From the IMG/VR virus record IMGVR_UViG_3300045988_138309: 56,765 nucleotides of DNA; one strand, 5' to 3'. This DNA comes from a virus. A program made the translations under genes and the position numbers. Shown here one piece after another: positions 46,147 through 54,516 of this stretch; within the stretch, counting starts at the first letter, position 1, and the number at the start of each line of letters is the position of its first letter. Below the pieces are notes generated by a model, which was not told where the DNA came from, did not search any database, and worked only from the letters and a program-made list of their open reading frames with translations.

Positions 46147-46536
46147 ATGACGGCGACCGAGTTCGACTTCGTGCGCCAGCTGGAGTGGGAGAAGATGACT
46201 CCGGCCCAGCTGAAGTCCGCTCGCGAGACCTGGAGGACCGGCGCCGTCTACCAGGACGAGGTGAACCCGCGGGTCTGGTGGGTCCGTTCCTACTCGGCCC
46301 GGAACTCCGGGGAGGTCCGGGACGGGTCTGGCAAGAAGTTCCACCACGTGGTTCTTAAGTCGGATCACGGGTACCCGAGGTTCACGTGCACCTGCAAGCA
46401 CGGGCAGAACTCGCGCTGGGCCTCGTGCTGGCACGCCAAGACCGTGGCCCGCATCTACAGGATCATGGTCGACCAGAGGAAGCAGCAGGAGAAGGAGGAT
46501 CTGCTCCGTGAGTACCGCAGCAAGAGAGGTAATTGA
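46147..46536 (+). CDS. SWIM zinc-finger protein
   Basis: FTCTCKHGQNSRWASCWH matches the CxCxnCxH pattern. ATG 46147 follows GAGGG. Confidence 0.6.
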   Translation: MTATEFDFVRQLEWEKMTPAQLKSARETWRTGAVYQDEVNPRVWWVRSYSARNSGEVRDGSGKKFHHVVLKSDHGYPRFTCTCKHGQNSRWASCWHAKTVARIYRIMVDQRKQQEKEDLLREYRSKRGN

Positions 46537-46774
46537 TGATATCCCGGAGCAGCCTGAGCGCGGGTTGGCCGACGCCGGAGACTCCCTCATGGTCGCCGGA
46601 GACACCATCCTCTCAATCACGGCCGCCTGCGCCGGTATCCGTATCAGGATGGTCCGCGAGCAGGGCTGGAGCCCAGAGTTCGCCGAGCAGTTCGCCCAGG
46701 ACCTTGCCCGCGCCCTCGTGAACCAGTCCCTGGCCCCGGCCCAGGACTGGCACTCAGCGCTGGAGGGGCTGTGA
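46508..46774 (+). CDS. Hypothetical protein (start uncertain)
   Basis: High GC3. The stop overlaps the terS start. Confidence 0.4.
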   Translation: MSTAAREVIDDIPEQPERGLADAGDSLMVAGDTILSITAACAGIRIRMVREQGWSPEFAEQFAQDLARALVNQSLAPAQDWHSALEGL

Positions 46775-47367
46775 CTACCGCGAAGCCGCCGGCGCCCCGC
46801 AAGCCTGCCCCTCTGGACTACACCCGACCGATCTGGAAGCGTCAGGACGGCGAGACCGAGGCCGCCTACGCGTCGTTCAAGATCTATCGGGACATGGAGC
46901 GCCGTCGGGTGCGGGACGCGCCCAATGGGAACTCCTACTCGGCCCGGTGGTCATGGAAGGAGCGCGTCGAGGCGTGGGACAAGCACATGGCCGACAACGA
47001 GGCCAACGAGCTCGTCCGCTACCGGATCGCCATGGGGGACCGCCACCGGGCCCTCGGCCGCAAGGCGCTGGAGAAGGCCGAGATGTGGCTCGACAGCCTC
47101 ACCAAGGACCGGATCGCCAGGATGAGCGCGAACGGCATCGTCCAGATGATGGACGTCGCGGCGCGAATCGAGCGGGAGGCGGCCGGCGCCGGGGCCGAGT
47201 CGGCCAAGGTGCAGATCGAGGTCTCCTCGAACCTGGCCGAGATGACGGCGTCGGCCACGACGTCGAGGATCGAGCAGCTGGTCGCTGAGGTCGAGCGTCG
47301 CAAGCGTGAGCAAGGCCTCATAGACGTCGGCCCGGCGGACGTTGAGGTGATAGATCCCGAGCAGTAG
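46771..47367 (+). CDS. terS: Terminase small subunit
   Basis: The pattern EAAYASFKIYRDM...R...SYSARWSWKERVEAWD is typical of small terminases. Lies upstream of terL. Confidence 0.65.
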   Translation: MTTAKPPAPRKPAPLDYTRPIWKRQDGETEAAYASFKIYRDMERRRVRDAPNGNSYSARWSWKERVEAWDKHMADNEANELVRYRIAMGDRHRALGRKALEKAEMWLDSLTKDRIARMSANGIVQMMDVAARIEREAAGAGAESAKVQIEVSSNLAEMTASATTSRIEQLVAEVERRKREQGLIDVGPADVEVIDPEQ

Positions 47368-47388
47368 AGTGGGCTCGGGACATTGGGG

Positions 47389-47428
47389 CAGAATACCGCC
47401 ACCCTCGGCATGGGGTGGCGGTATTCTG
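47389..47428 (+). other. 16-bp-stem hairpin between terS and terL
   Basis: CAGAATACCGCCACCC / GGGTGGCGGTATTCTG. Confidence 0.8.
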
Positions 47429-47467
47429 TATCTATATGAAAGTCCGCCTCAGCGATAGGAGACACCT

Positions 47468-49159
47468 ATGCCCCGCGTGAAGAAACCGATGGAGCCGTGG
47501 GAGATGACTCCGGCCCAGCTGGAGGAGGAGTTGGAGGCCCTCATCAAGCGCCAGGCGTGGCTGGAGAACCAGCCGAAGTGCGCCCGCCCGTCGTGCGACG
47601 GCAAGCCTCACGCCGGGGCGCCGTACCCCCATGACCCGACCTACCGCCAGGCCTCCAGCCCAGTGGAGAGCGCGCAGCAGCTCGATGAGGCCTATGCCGG
47701 CCGGCCCCACATCCAGTACCTCTCCGACCGCCTGACTGAGGCCGTGCGCGCCGTCGAGGCCGGCGAGAATCGCTACATGACGATCTCCATGCCGCCGCGC
47801 ATGGGCAAGTCCACGCTGACCTCGATCAACCTGCCGATCTGGCTGCTGCGTCAGCATCCGGACTGGAAGATCGGCCTCATCTCCCACTCGCCGCAGCTCG
47901 CCACGGCTTGGGGCCGCCAGGTCCGGCGCTTCGTCGAGGAGGACGGCGAGAAGTGGGGACTCAAGATCGCGTCCGACGCCGGCGCCGTGAGCGAGTGGCA
48001 GACGACTCGTGGCGGCGGAATCGTGTCTAGGTCGGCACCCGGCCAGTCGATCACGGGTCTCGGCTTCAAGGTCATGCTGATGGACGACGTCGTGAAGGAC
48101 TTCGCCGACGCTCACAGTGAGTCCAAGCGTGAGGCCATCTGGGACTGGTGGCAGGCCAACGCCGTGACGCGTCTGGAGCCGCCGTTCCTCTGCATCGCTA
48201 TCGCCACCCGCTGGCACGAGGACGACTTCATTGGCCGCCTCCTGAACCCGGCCAAGAACCCCGACGCCGATAAGTGGGAGAACGTGATCTTCCCGGCCAT
48301 CGCCGAGGAGGACGACCCGCTCGGGCGAGAGCCGGGCGACCCGCTCTACAGCCCCCTCGTCGAGGAGACTCGTGAGGAGGCGCTGGAGCGCTGGGACTCC
48401 CTGAAGCGCTCGGTCGGCTCGTACATGTGGGAGGCCTTGTACCAGCAGCACCCAACTCCGGCGGACGGATCGATCTTCAACCTCGGCTGGCTGCGGTTCT
48501 GGACGACCGACCCGTCCAAGGTCAAGGACGGCGACGACTCGGTCATCCTCCTGCCCCGCGAGCGGTTGGAGCGCGGTCAGTGGCTCGACTCGTGGGACCT
48601 CACCTTCAAGGGCAGCTCGACGTCGGACTACGCCGTCGGCCAGCGCTGGTGTAGGCAAGGTCCCGACCGGTTCCTGATCGCACAGCAGCGCGGCCAGTGG
48701 TCCTTCACCCAGACGCTGGAGAAGATGCTGCGCTGGTGCAATGCCGGTGACCTAGATGACAAGGCCTCCCCAGGAGGGTCGTCCGTTCATCAGCGCCTCG
48801 TGGAGGACGCCGCCAACGGTACGGCGGCCATCGACGTGCTGCGCAAGAAAGTCGCCGGCATCAAGCCGGTCAAGCCCCGCTCGTCCAAGGAGGTCCGGGC
48901 ACGCGCCGTGACGCCGGAGATCGAGTCCGGCAACGTCTATCTGCCTCACCCCTCCGACCCTGGCAACGGCTGGGTGAACGAGCTCATCTCCGAGATGCGG
49001 GCGTTCCCGTCGGGCCGCCACGACGACCAGGTGGATGCGCTGAGCATGGGGCTGCTCGGCCTACGTGACGCGGGGCAGGCATCCCTGTTCGTCCCGCGGG
49101 GGACGATCCGGCGCGCTGTGAGCGGTCTCTCACTGGCTGGCACGGTTCCGCGGTTCTGA
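47468..49159 (+). CDS. terL: Terminase large subunit
   Basis: Walker A region PPRMGKST; WHEDDFIGRL; nuclease motif GRHDDQVDALSM. Confidence 0.9.
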   Translation: MPRVKKPMEPWEMTPAQLEEELEALIKRQAWLENQPKCARPSCDGKPHAGAPYPHDPTYRQASSPVESAQQLDEAYAGRPHIQYLSDRLTEAVRAVEAGENRYMTISMPPRMGKSTLTSINLPIWLLRQHPDWKIGLISHSPQLATAWGRQVRRFVEEDGEKWGLKIASDAGAVSEWQTTRGGGIVSRSAPGQSITGLGFKVMLMDDVVKDFADAHSESKREAIWDWWQANAVTRLEPPFLCIAIATRWHEDDFIGRLLNPAKNPDADKWENVIFPAIAEEDDPLGREPGDPLYSPLVEETREEALERWDSLKRSVGSYMWEALYQQHPTPADGSIFNLGWLRFWTTDPSKVKDGDDSVILLPRERLERGQWLDSWDLTFKGSSTSDYAVGQRWCRQGPDRFLIAQQRGQWSFTQTLEKMLRWCNAGDLDDKASPGGSSVHQRLVEDAANGTAAIDVLRKKVAGIKPVKPRSSKEVRARAVTPEIESGNVYLPHPSDPGNGWVNELISEMRAFPSGRHDDQVDALSMGLLGLRDAGQASLFVPRGTIRRAVSGLSLAGTVPRF

Positions 49160-49163
49160 CGGC

Positions 49164-49208
49164 TTGCATCTCCTGAGGGGTGGACGTATGATTACATACG
49201 TCCACCCC
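49164..49208 (+). promoter_or_regulatory. Promoter embedded in a 14-bp-stem hairpin directly after terL
   Basis: GGCTTGCAT, 17-nt spacer, TATGAT. Hairpin GGGGTGGACGTATG atta CATACGTCCACCCC (49177-49208) contains GTATGattaCATAC. Confidence 0.5.
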
Positions 49209-49227
49209 AGTTACGTTAGGAGATCAA

Positions 49228-49713
49228 ATGAATCGGCATGAACTGATCACCCGTGCCCGGATGGTCCAGGTGTGGGAGGAGGGGTGCGGGAGCTTCCCCT
49301 CGGAGCGGACTTCCTGGCCGAAGTCCGGGCCGGACTATCACCTCTCCTGGATGCTGCACCATGCCTCCCGGCTCATTGACCGGAATGCCGTAGAGCCGGA
49401 GATTGTACGGGGGTGGTTGTGGAAGATATCTAACGCCGCCTCCCGATTGCTGCCTGAGGGCTCCGACGTCCCCGTCCTCGCCCTGGAGGAGTACTCCCGA
49501 GCCGCGCGGAAGCACCCCGGCATGACTCTGGAGTGCGACGGCCACACCGACGCCACGCGCCTGTTCGCCCTCGTGGAGGAGATCGGTGAGGTCGCGGCGT
49601 GCCTGACCTACGACAACGACGCCGAGACCGGCCATGGGTCGGACCTAGAGTCCGAGGTGATCCAGGTCATCGCCCTGGCCCTGGCCTGGGCTACCCGCTA
49701 CCTGGACGACTGA
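49228..49713 (+). CDS. MazG-like nucleotide pyrophosphohydrolase
   Basis: LVEEIGEVAA ... ESEVIQVIALAL matches the EExxE...E/D helical pattern. Confidence 0.55.
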   Translation: MNRHELITRARMVQVWEEGCGSFPSERTSWPKSGPDYHLSWMLHHASRLIDRNAVEPEIVRGWLWKISNAASRLLPEGSDVPVLALEEYSRAARKHPGMTLECDGHTDATRLFALVEEIGEVAACLTYDNDAETGHGSDLESEVIQVIALALAWATRYLDD

Positions 49714-49730
49714 ACCTATAGGAGATATCT

Positions 49731-50219
49731 ATGACATCCATCAACGACGTTGCAGACCTGCCCAAGCTCCTGGAGGCGTGGGCCAGCGGCAAGGGATACC
49801 GAGAGTCCTTCGGGATCGACGCCGAGCGCTCGATGGCCGAGGACCTGCGCAAGCTGCTCTCTCTGACCGTCCAGCAGGCGAAGGCCCTGGAGGACTCTCA
49901 GGAGCGTGCCAACGCCTTGGAGCAACGCCTCCCGACCTCTCAGACCGACGACCTGGAGCCTGAGTTCAGGGTTGAGTCTATGCCCGCCGATCCTCTAGAA
50001 GAGGCTGCACGACTCGACCGCAAGGCTCGTCGGGACGCTAAGCTCGCTCGCGCCGCCCTTCAGCAGGAGGTCCTGGCCGCCTACTCACGCGGCGTGTCGA
50101 AGTCGGCTCTGAGCACGGTCTCCGGCATGACCCGGCAGACCGTGGACAAGGTCCTCGGCCAGTGGAAGCGCAAGCCGCCGAAGATCGACGACGGTGAGAC
50201 GCCTATAACACTGATCTGA
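49731..50219 (+). CDS. Coiled-coil protein with a C-terminal HTH
   Basis: The C-terminus GVSKSALSTVSGMTRQTVDKVL is HTH-like. Confidence 0.45.
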   Translation: MTSINDVADLPKLLEAWASGKGYRESFGIDAERSMAEDLRKLLSLTVQQAKALEDSQERANALEQRLPTSQTDDLEPEFRVESMPADPLEEAARLDRKARRDAKLARAALQQEVLAAYSRGVSKSALSTVSGMTRQTVDKVLGQWKRKPPKIDDGETPITLI

Positions 50220-50230
50220 TCTCTGCGGGC

Positions 50231-50259
50231 TTGCTCTGGGACGTATGACGGCATACACT
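50231..50259 (+). promoter_or_regulatory. Member of the conserved promoter family, with operator
   Basis: GGCTTGCTC, 17-nt spacer, TACACT. GTATGacggCATAC at 50243-50256. Confidence 0.5.
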
Positions 50260-50298
50260 TAGGGCAAGCCCGCACCGGCAACTACCTAGCGAGGAAAC

Positions 50299-50571
50299 AT
50301 GAGCACCGAGACCTCACCGACCAAGACAACCTGGACCCGCGTCTTCCAGCACCCTCAGGCGCGAATCAAGCCGCTCGATGCGGGCACCCTGCACGAGGCC
50401 AAGACGTGCCTCGTCTACGAGGACGGCTCCGCCGTCGCCCAGCTGAAGCGTTGCGGGCAGCGCTGCTGGGGCGTCTACCCGACAGGCATGACGATCCCCG
50501 TTGCGTTCGGAGCCTCCGCCCTGGAGGCCGTGACGGCGTGGATGAGCGCCCGGGATGGGGGCGAGCGATGA
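50299..50571 (+). CDS. Hypothetical protein
   Basis: GAGGAAAC RBS; high GC3. Confidence 0.5.
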   Translation: MSTETSPTKTTWTRVFQHPQARIKPLDAGTLHEAKTCLVYEDGSAVAQLKRCGQRCWGVYPTGMTIPVAFGASALEAVTAWMSARDGGER

Positions 50572-50804
50572 GCGCCCCGTCCAGTATCCTAGAGAAGCTG
50601 CGGGACTACGAGTACGAGAAGAACGGTTGTGGGGGAGCGGTCGGCGACATTTACGCCCTCATCCACCGCATCGCCGACCCTGAGGAGGAGATCGAGGACC
50701 TGAGAGTCGAGGCTCGCGAGTCAGGCGTCTGGCGGGGCCGCTACTACGCACTTCTGAAGGAGTGCGAGTCCTCCCGACCGCCTAGTCAGGAGGTGGCCAG
50801 GTGA
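50568..50804 (+). CDS. Hypothetical protein
   Basis: ATGA overlap with the upstream gene. Start taken at the internal ATG of track ORF 50406..50804. Confidence 0.45.
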   Translation: MSAPSSILEKLRDYEYEKNGCGGAVGDIYALIHRIADPEEEIEDLRVEARESGVWRGRYYALLKECESSRPPSQEVAR

Positions 50805-50941
50805 CCTCCTCACTGCTGGCCACGACCGTGGCCCTTACCGCCGGCCTACAAATCTTCGCGCTCGGAGAGCACGTCCGGAAGCGCCGAGAGCGACGCCCAC
50901 GCAGCCGCCGCGCAGCATTCACCCGAAAGGACGCGCTATGA
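50801..50941 (+). CDS. 46-aa membrane/basic protein, not in the ORF track
   Basis: GTGA and ATGA overlaps with both neighbouring genes. Hydrophobic LLATTVALTAGLQIFAL followed by an Arg-rich tail. Confidence 0.35.
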   Translation: MTSSLLATTVALTAGLQIFALGEHVRKRRERRPRSRRAAFTRKDAL

Positions 50942-51708
50942 GTAAATACGTATTTTTCGACCGCCGGGCTAAAGACGCCGACGCCCTAAAGGCCGCCTAT
51001 CGCGGAGCCCTGGTCGAGGGTGGGGGCAGCATCCTCCTGGAGGGCGGGGCCTTCGTCATCGACCGGAAGGACTTTCCGAACCTGAATCCATCCGTTGAGC
51101 TATACCTCGGGGACGGCGCCTGGCTGGAGGTCCGGGACGGGCTCACTCCCAACGTCCATCTCACGCTCCCTGAGGAGTACGTTGAGGCCCTGGACAAGGA
51201 CCCCATCGGACCAGAGCAGTCTCGCCGCCTCTACTGGTCCGCGCCCATCCCTCCGCACGGCCTGGACGACCCGACCCAGAATCCCTACGGCTACGGTGAC
51301 GTCACTCTGTACGTCCCGGAGAGCCTGGAGCCCTCCTACCGCGGGAAGGGGTTCTCTGAGTGGGGCACGCCTAGCCGCCGCTACCTGGAGATCTGGGAGG
51401 GCTACGAGCCCGCCCAGGGCGCGGATGCGGAGGGGCCGGCTGGGGAGTCCGAGGCCGTCGAGTCCCCGAATCACTACACATGGCTCGGGCAGTCGCTCGC
51501 CGCGCTCGGCCTGAGCGACGCGGCCAACGTCGAGTCGTGGGACGTGCTCGACGCGGCCTTCCCCTCGGACCCACTGCTGTGGAACTGCGGCAAGTACCTA
51601 CTGAGGCAGGGCCGCAAGGGAGGCGAGGAGAAGCGTCTTGAGGATCTGCGCAAGGCTCGCCAGTACCTAGACCGACAGATCACTCGGCTGAGTCGGGGAG
51701 GTGAGTAG
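50938..51708 (+). CDS. DUF3310-like protein
   Basis: The C-terminal pattern SPNHY...WNCGKYLLR.GRKG...EDLRKARQYL matches the DUF3310 pattern. Confidence 0.55.
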   Translation: MSKYVFFDRRAKDADALKAAYRGALVEGGGSILLEGGAFVIDRKDFPNLNPSVELYLGDGAWLEVRDGLTPNVHLTLPEEYVEALDKDPIGPEQSRRLYWSAPIPPHGLDDPTQNPYGYGDVTLYVPESLEPSYRGKGFSEWGTPSRRYLEIWEGYEPAQGADAEGPAGESEAVESPNHYTWLGQSLAALGLSDAANVESWDVLDAAFPSDPLLWNCGKYLLRQGRKGGEEKRLEDLRKARQYLDRQITRLSRGGE

Positions 51709-51711
51709 GCA

Positions 51712-51972
51712 ATGCCCGAGGTCATCCCGGTTGGAGCCTCCGGAAAGATCGACGTGATCGATGCGGGAGACCTGCGGGCCGGCATGGTCTTGCTCGACTC
51801 TACGTATCTCACCTACAACACCATCTCTGAGATTCGGCGCATCTACAAGGACGGCGGGCGGGGAGGCCACTATGAGTACCGCCTGAAGGGCGAGAGCAGG
51901 TTTCTGCCTCCGAGCATCCTCCCTCTCGGATGTGCCGTGGTGGTGGTGACAGAGCTCACTGGAATGCAGTGA
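51712..51972 (+). CDS. Hypothetical protein
   Basis: High GC3; GGGGAGGTGAG upstream. Confidence 0.45.
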   Translation: MPEVIPVGASGKIDVIDAGDLRAGMVLLDSTYLTYNTISEIRRIYKDGGRGGHYEYRLKGESRFLPPSILPLGCAVVVVTELTGMQ

Positions 51973-51981
51973 TAGTCGGGA

Positions 51982-52007
51982 TAGCGCCGTCCTTAGGGGC
52001 GGCGCTA
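51982..52007 (+). terminator. Terminator hairpin
   Basis: TAGCGCCGTCC / GGGCGGCGCTA stem with one G-T pair. Confidence 0.45.
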
Positions 52008-52057
52008 GCCTTATCTTGTAACCAGCCAACCGATCCACTCACAAAAAGGAACATGAT

Positions 52058-52654
52058 ATGGGCTACACCGAGATCGCCCGGGCACGGGCAACCGCTGAGA
52101 CCCTCGCCGGAAAGATGGACCGGATCGCCGCCGAGCTGCTGGACGTCCTGCGCGACGTCCTCGGCCCCGAGCGGCGCCTGCCGAGGCCGCGAGCCGCCTA
52201 CGCCCGCTACGGGGACCACTCCGTCACCGTGCGTGACGGCGAGAACGGCCGCGTCGAGGTGACCGCGCACCTGACCGGCTCCGGCACCGTGCGGGAGTAC
52301 TCGGCCCGCCTCACTCACGGCGACAGTGACAGCCGGCCGTGGGCCGCCGTCGGGCCGCTCCGCATGGACTGCTCGGAGGATCCCGAGGAGCACCCCACCC
52401 TCACCTACGTCCTCCCCCTCGTCGTTCGCCTGGAGGTGGGGGCGGGGCGCCTGGAGGACGCTCGGAAGGCCCTCGAGGCCGTCGGCCACGCTGTCGAGGA
52501 GTGCGGCCCCAACATCGTCCTGCGCGAGCCATGCGCGTGGGGGACGCGGAACGTAGCCACCGTCGAGCTCGACCCGGACAACGGCTTGCTACGCGTCCAC
52601 GGCCAGGGCGCTGAGCGGGTGCGGGAGATCCTGTACCAGGCCAAGATCTTCTAA
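52058..52654 (+). CDS. Hypothetical protein
   Basis: AAAGGAACA RBS-like sequence; high GC3. Confidence 0.5.
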   Translation: MGYTEIARARATAETLAGKMDRIAAELLDVLRDVLGPERRLPRPRAAYARYGDHSVTVRDGENGRVEVTAHLTGSGTVREYSARLTHGDSDSRPWAAVGPLRMDCSEDPEEHPTLTYVLPLVVRLEVGAGRLEDARKALEAVGHAVEECGPNIVLREPCAWGTRNVATVELDPDNGLLRVHGQGAERVREILYQAKIF

Positions 52655-52690
52655 AGTGACGCACGTCACTGAATACGCCCCGCTAGCGGC

Positions 52691-52720
52691 TTGCTGGCGG
52701 GGCGTATGCGTGCATACGCT
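52691..52720 (+). promoter_or_regulatory. Promoter plus operator driving a leaderless gene
   Basis: GGCTTGCTG, 18-nt spacer, TACGCT, 6 nt, then ATG 52727. GTATGcgtgCATAC at 52704-52717. Confidence 0.55.
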
Positions 52721-52726
52721 AGAGCC

Positions 52727-53197
52727 ATGAGAACGAACCGCCCCGCCCGCCAGACCGCCCGCCCCGCCCACCGCGCACCCCGCCCCACCCTTGCCTCGAT
52801 GTTCGTAGCCGCCACCGCAGCGGCGGCCATCGCCATCCTCGTTACCGTCGCCGTGGTCGCCCTGGCCTGCTACCTGGCCGGCACCTCGTCAGCCACCGCC
52901 CTCCGAGGCGGCCACTCCTCGCAGGCCTCGACCGTCTCGGCCTCCCCGCTGATCGCCCCTACTGCCGGTCGAGGGGCGGACTCCGCCACCTGCAGGCACG
53001 CTCCGCGCTCGCCCCGCTGCATGCGGGAGGGAGGCACCGCCGCCGTCGTGCGCGACCACGGTGTGGCCCGCCCGGCCGATGGCGGCGACGACCAGACCGT
53101 CCTGCTGGGCGGGGAGGACGTCCGGCCGGCCGAGGTGCCCAGCCGCGTGCCCGGCCGCGGCGGGTGGGTGAGCGAGCTCGGCCCGTCGCGGGCCTGA
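52727..53197 (+). CDS. Single-pass membrane protein, apparently leaderless
   Basis: TM helix MFVAATAAAAIAILVTVAVVALACYL. No Shine-Dalgarno. The ATG lies 7 nt after the -10. Confidence 0.5.
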   Translation: MRTNRPARQTARPAHRAPRPTLASMFVAATAAAAIAILVTVAVVALACYLAGTSSATALRGGHSSQASTVSASPLIAPTAGRGADSATCRHAPRSPRCMREGGTAAVVRDHGVARPADGGDDQTVLLGGEDVRPAEVPSRVPGRGGWVSELGPSRA

Positions 53198-53228
53198 CCT
53201 GCAAAGACGCCCCGATTCGGACGAGGAC

Positions 53229-53258
53229 TTGCACCCAGATCGTATGCCGGCATACGCT
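53229..53258 (+). promoter_or_regulatory. Promoter plus operator driving a leaderless gene
   Basis: ACTTGCAC, 18-nt spacer, TACGCT, 6 nt, then ATG 53265. GTATGccggCATAC at 53242-53255. Confidence 0.55.
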
Positions 53259-53264
53259 GTAGCC

Positions 53265-53621
53265 ATGATCGATTCACGCACCGCCCAGCAGCCCACCGAC
53301 CACCCCACCGCCCAGGAGCCCACTGTGACCCAGACCACTACCCCCACCGCCCCCACCGCCGACCAGCTGACCGACCAGATGAAAGTGATCGCCGCCACCG
53401 CCTCCGCCACCCTCGACCTGACCCGGGTCGATGAGTGGCGCACCGGCCGAATCGGCCTCATCAAGGAGCACAGCCCGCTCCAGGCCCGCATGAGGGTCGA
53501 GGACGGCCAGGTCGTGGCCCGCCTGACCGGCCGCGAGCGCGGCGGCCTCGAGGTGGCCGGGGGCATGGCCGATGTGCTGGACGCCCTCGCGCAGCACTTC
53601 GAGGCGCCCCTGCCCTCCTGA
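53265..53621 (+). CDS. Hypothetical 118-aa protein, apparently leaderless
   Basis: Same promoter-to-ATG geometry as 52727; high GC3. Confidence 0.5.
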   Translation: MIDSRTAQQPTDHPTAQEPTVTQTTTPTAPTADQLTDQMKVIAATASATLDLTRVDEWRTGRIGLIKEHSPLQARMRVEDGQVVARLTGRERGGLEVAGGMADVLDALAQHFEAPLPS

Positions 53622-53652
53622 CCGGGCGGCCGCCGGGAGGCGGCTTGCAGCA

Positions 53653-53684
53653 GGCCCCGCTCACCTGAGGAGGTGGGCGGGGCC
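53653..53684 (+). terminator. Intrinsic terminator
   Basis: GGCCCCGCTCACC / GGTGGGCGGGGCC stem followed by GTTTC. Confidence 0.6.
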
Positions 53685-53916
53685 GTTTCATGCCCGTGAA
53701 GGGGTCTAGGAGCCTGACTGACGGACTTTCAGGGCCGGGCAGGGCCGTCATACGGGTGGGGAGGTTCTAGGCCGTCAGAGAGGCTCTCACGGCCTCACAG
53801 GCGGCGGTCCCTCCGTAGGAGGGACGCGAGGTGCAGGGCAGCGGCCGCCCCGCTCGGGAGAGGCGGCCGAGCGGGGCGCGGCCTCTGAGGCCGCCAGAGC
53901 CCCTGAGACGGCCGAA

Positions 53917-53948
53917 CGCCCCGGTACCTAGGTGCAGGTACCGGGGCG
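53917..53948 (-). terminator. Terminator hairpin after the reverse-strand gene, nested in a 14-bp outer inverted repeat (53900-53913 / 53958-53971)
   Basis: CGCCCCGGTACC / GGTACCGGGGCG stem. Confidence 0.55.
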
Positions 53949-53972
53949 CGGGTGCTAGGCCGTCTCAGGGGC

Positions 53973-54509
53973 TTACAGGGCCGTGGAGAGGCGCTGCAGG
54001 GCGAGCCGGGCCGAGGGGGCGTGGGCCGCGGCCAGCGCGTAGCGGTCCTGCCAGCGGGTGAGCTGGTGCGGGTGCACGGCCCGAAGGGGGCTGTCCGGGG
54101 CCGGGCGCCGCCCGGCCGGGACGTCGTCCCAGGAGATCGGGACCGCGAACCACGTCCGTACGGACAGGCCGCCGTCGGCCAGCAGCTCCTCGGGGATCCC
54201 GTCGAGGGCGTGAGGGTCCTCTCGACGGACCGTGGACGCGGGGGCGGCGGCCCAGGCCGGGACCTGCTCGATCCGGGCGATGGAGTGGCCGCCGATCTCG
54301 CCCCACGTCCGGACCCGCCCCTCGCCCTGGACTTTGTAGGCGGGGGACGGGGAGGCCACGACGCTGACCGGCTGCCCGGCCAGAGGGTGCGGAGAGCCGT
54401 TAGGCAGGGTGGCCGGGTGCAGGGCCGGCTCGTCGTCGAAGGCGTGGTCGATGACTCGGTAGGTGGTTCGAGGGCTGTCGGTCTGGCTGAGGGAGTAGCG
54501 GTTGCTCAT
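53973..54509 (-). CDS. Hypothetical 178-aa protein, apparently leaderless
   Basis: Start MSNRYSLSQ at complement 54507-54509, 7 nt downstream of the -10. No Shine-Dalgarno. Confidence 0.5.
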   Translation of the reverse strand: MSNRYSLSQTDSPRTTYRVIDHAFDDEPALHPATLPNGSPHPLAGQPVSVVASPSPAYKVQGEGRVRTWGEIGGHSIARIEQVPAWAAAPASTVRREDPHALDGIPEELLADGGLSVRTWFAVPISWDDVPAGRRPAPDSPLRAVHPHQLTRWQDRYALAAAHAPSARLALQRLSTAL

Positions 54510-54516
54510 GGGTAGC

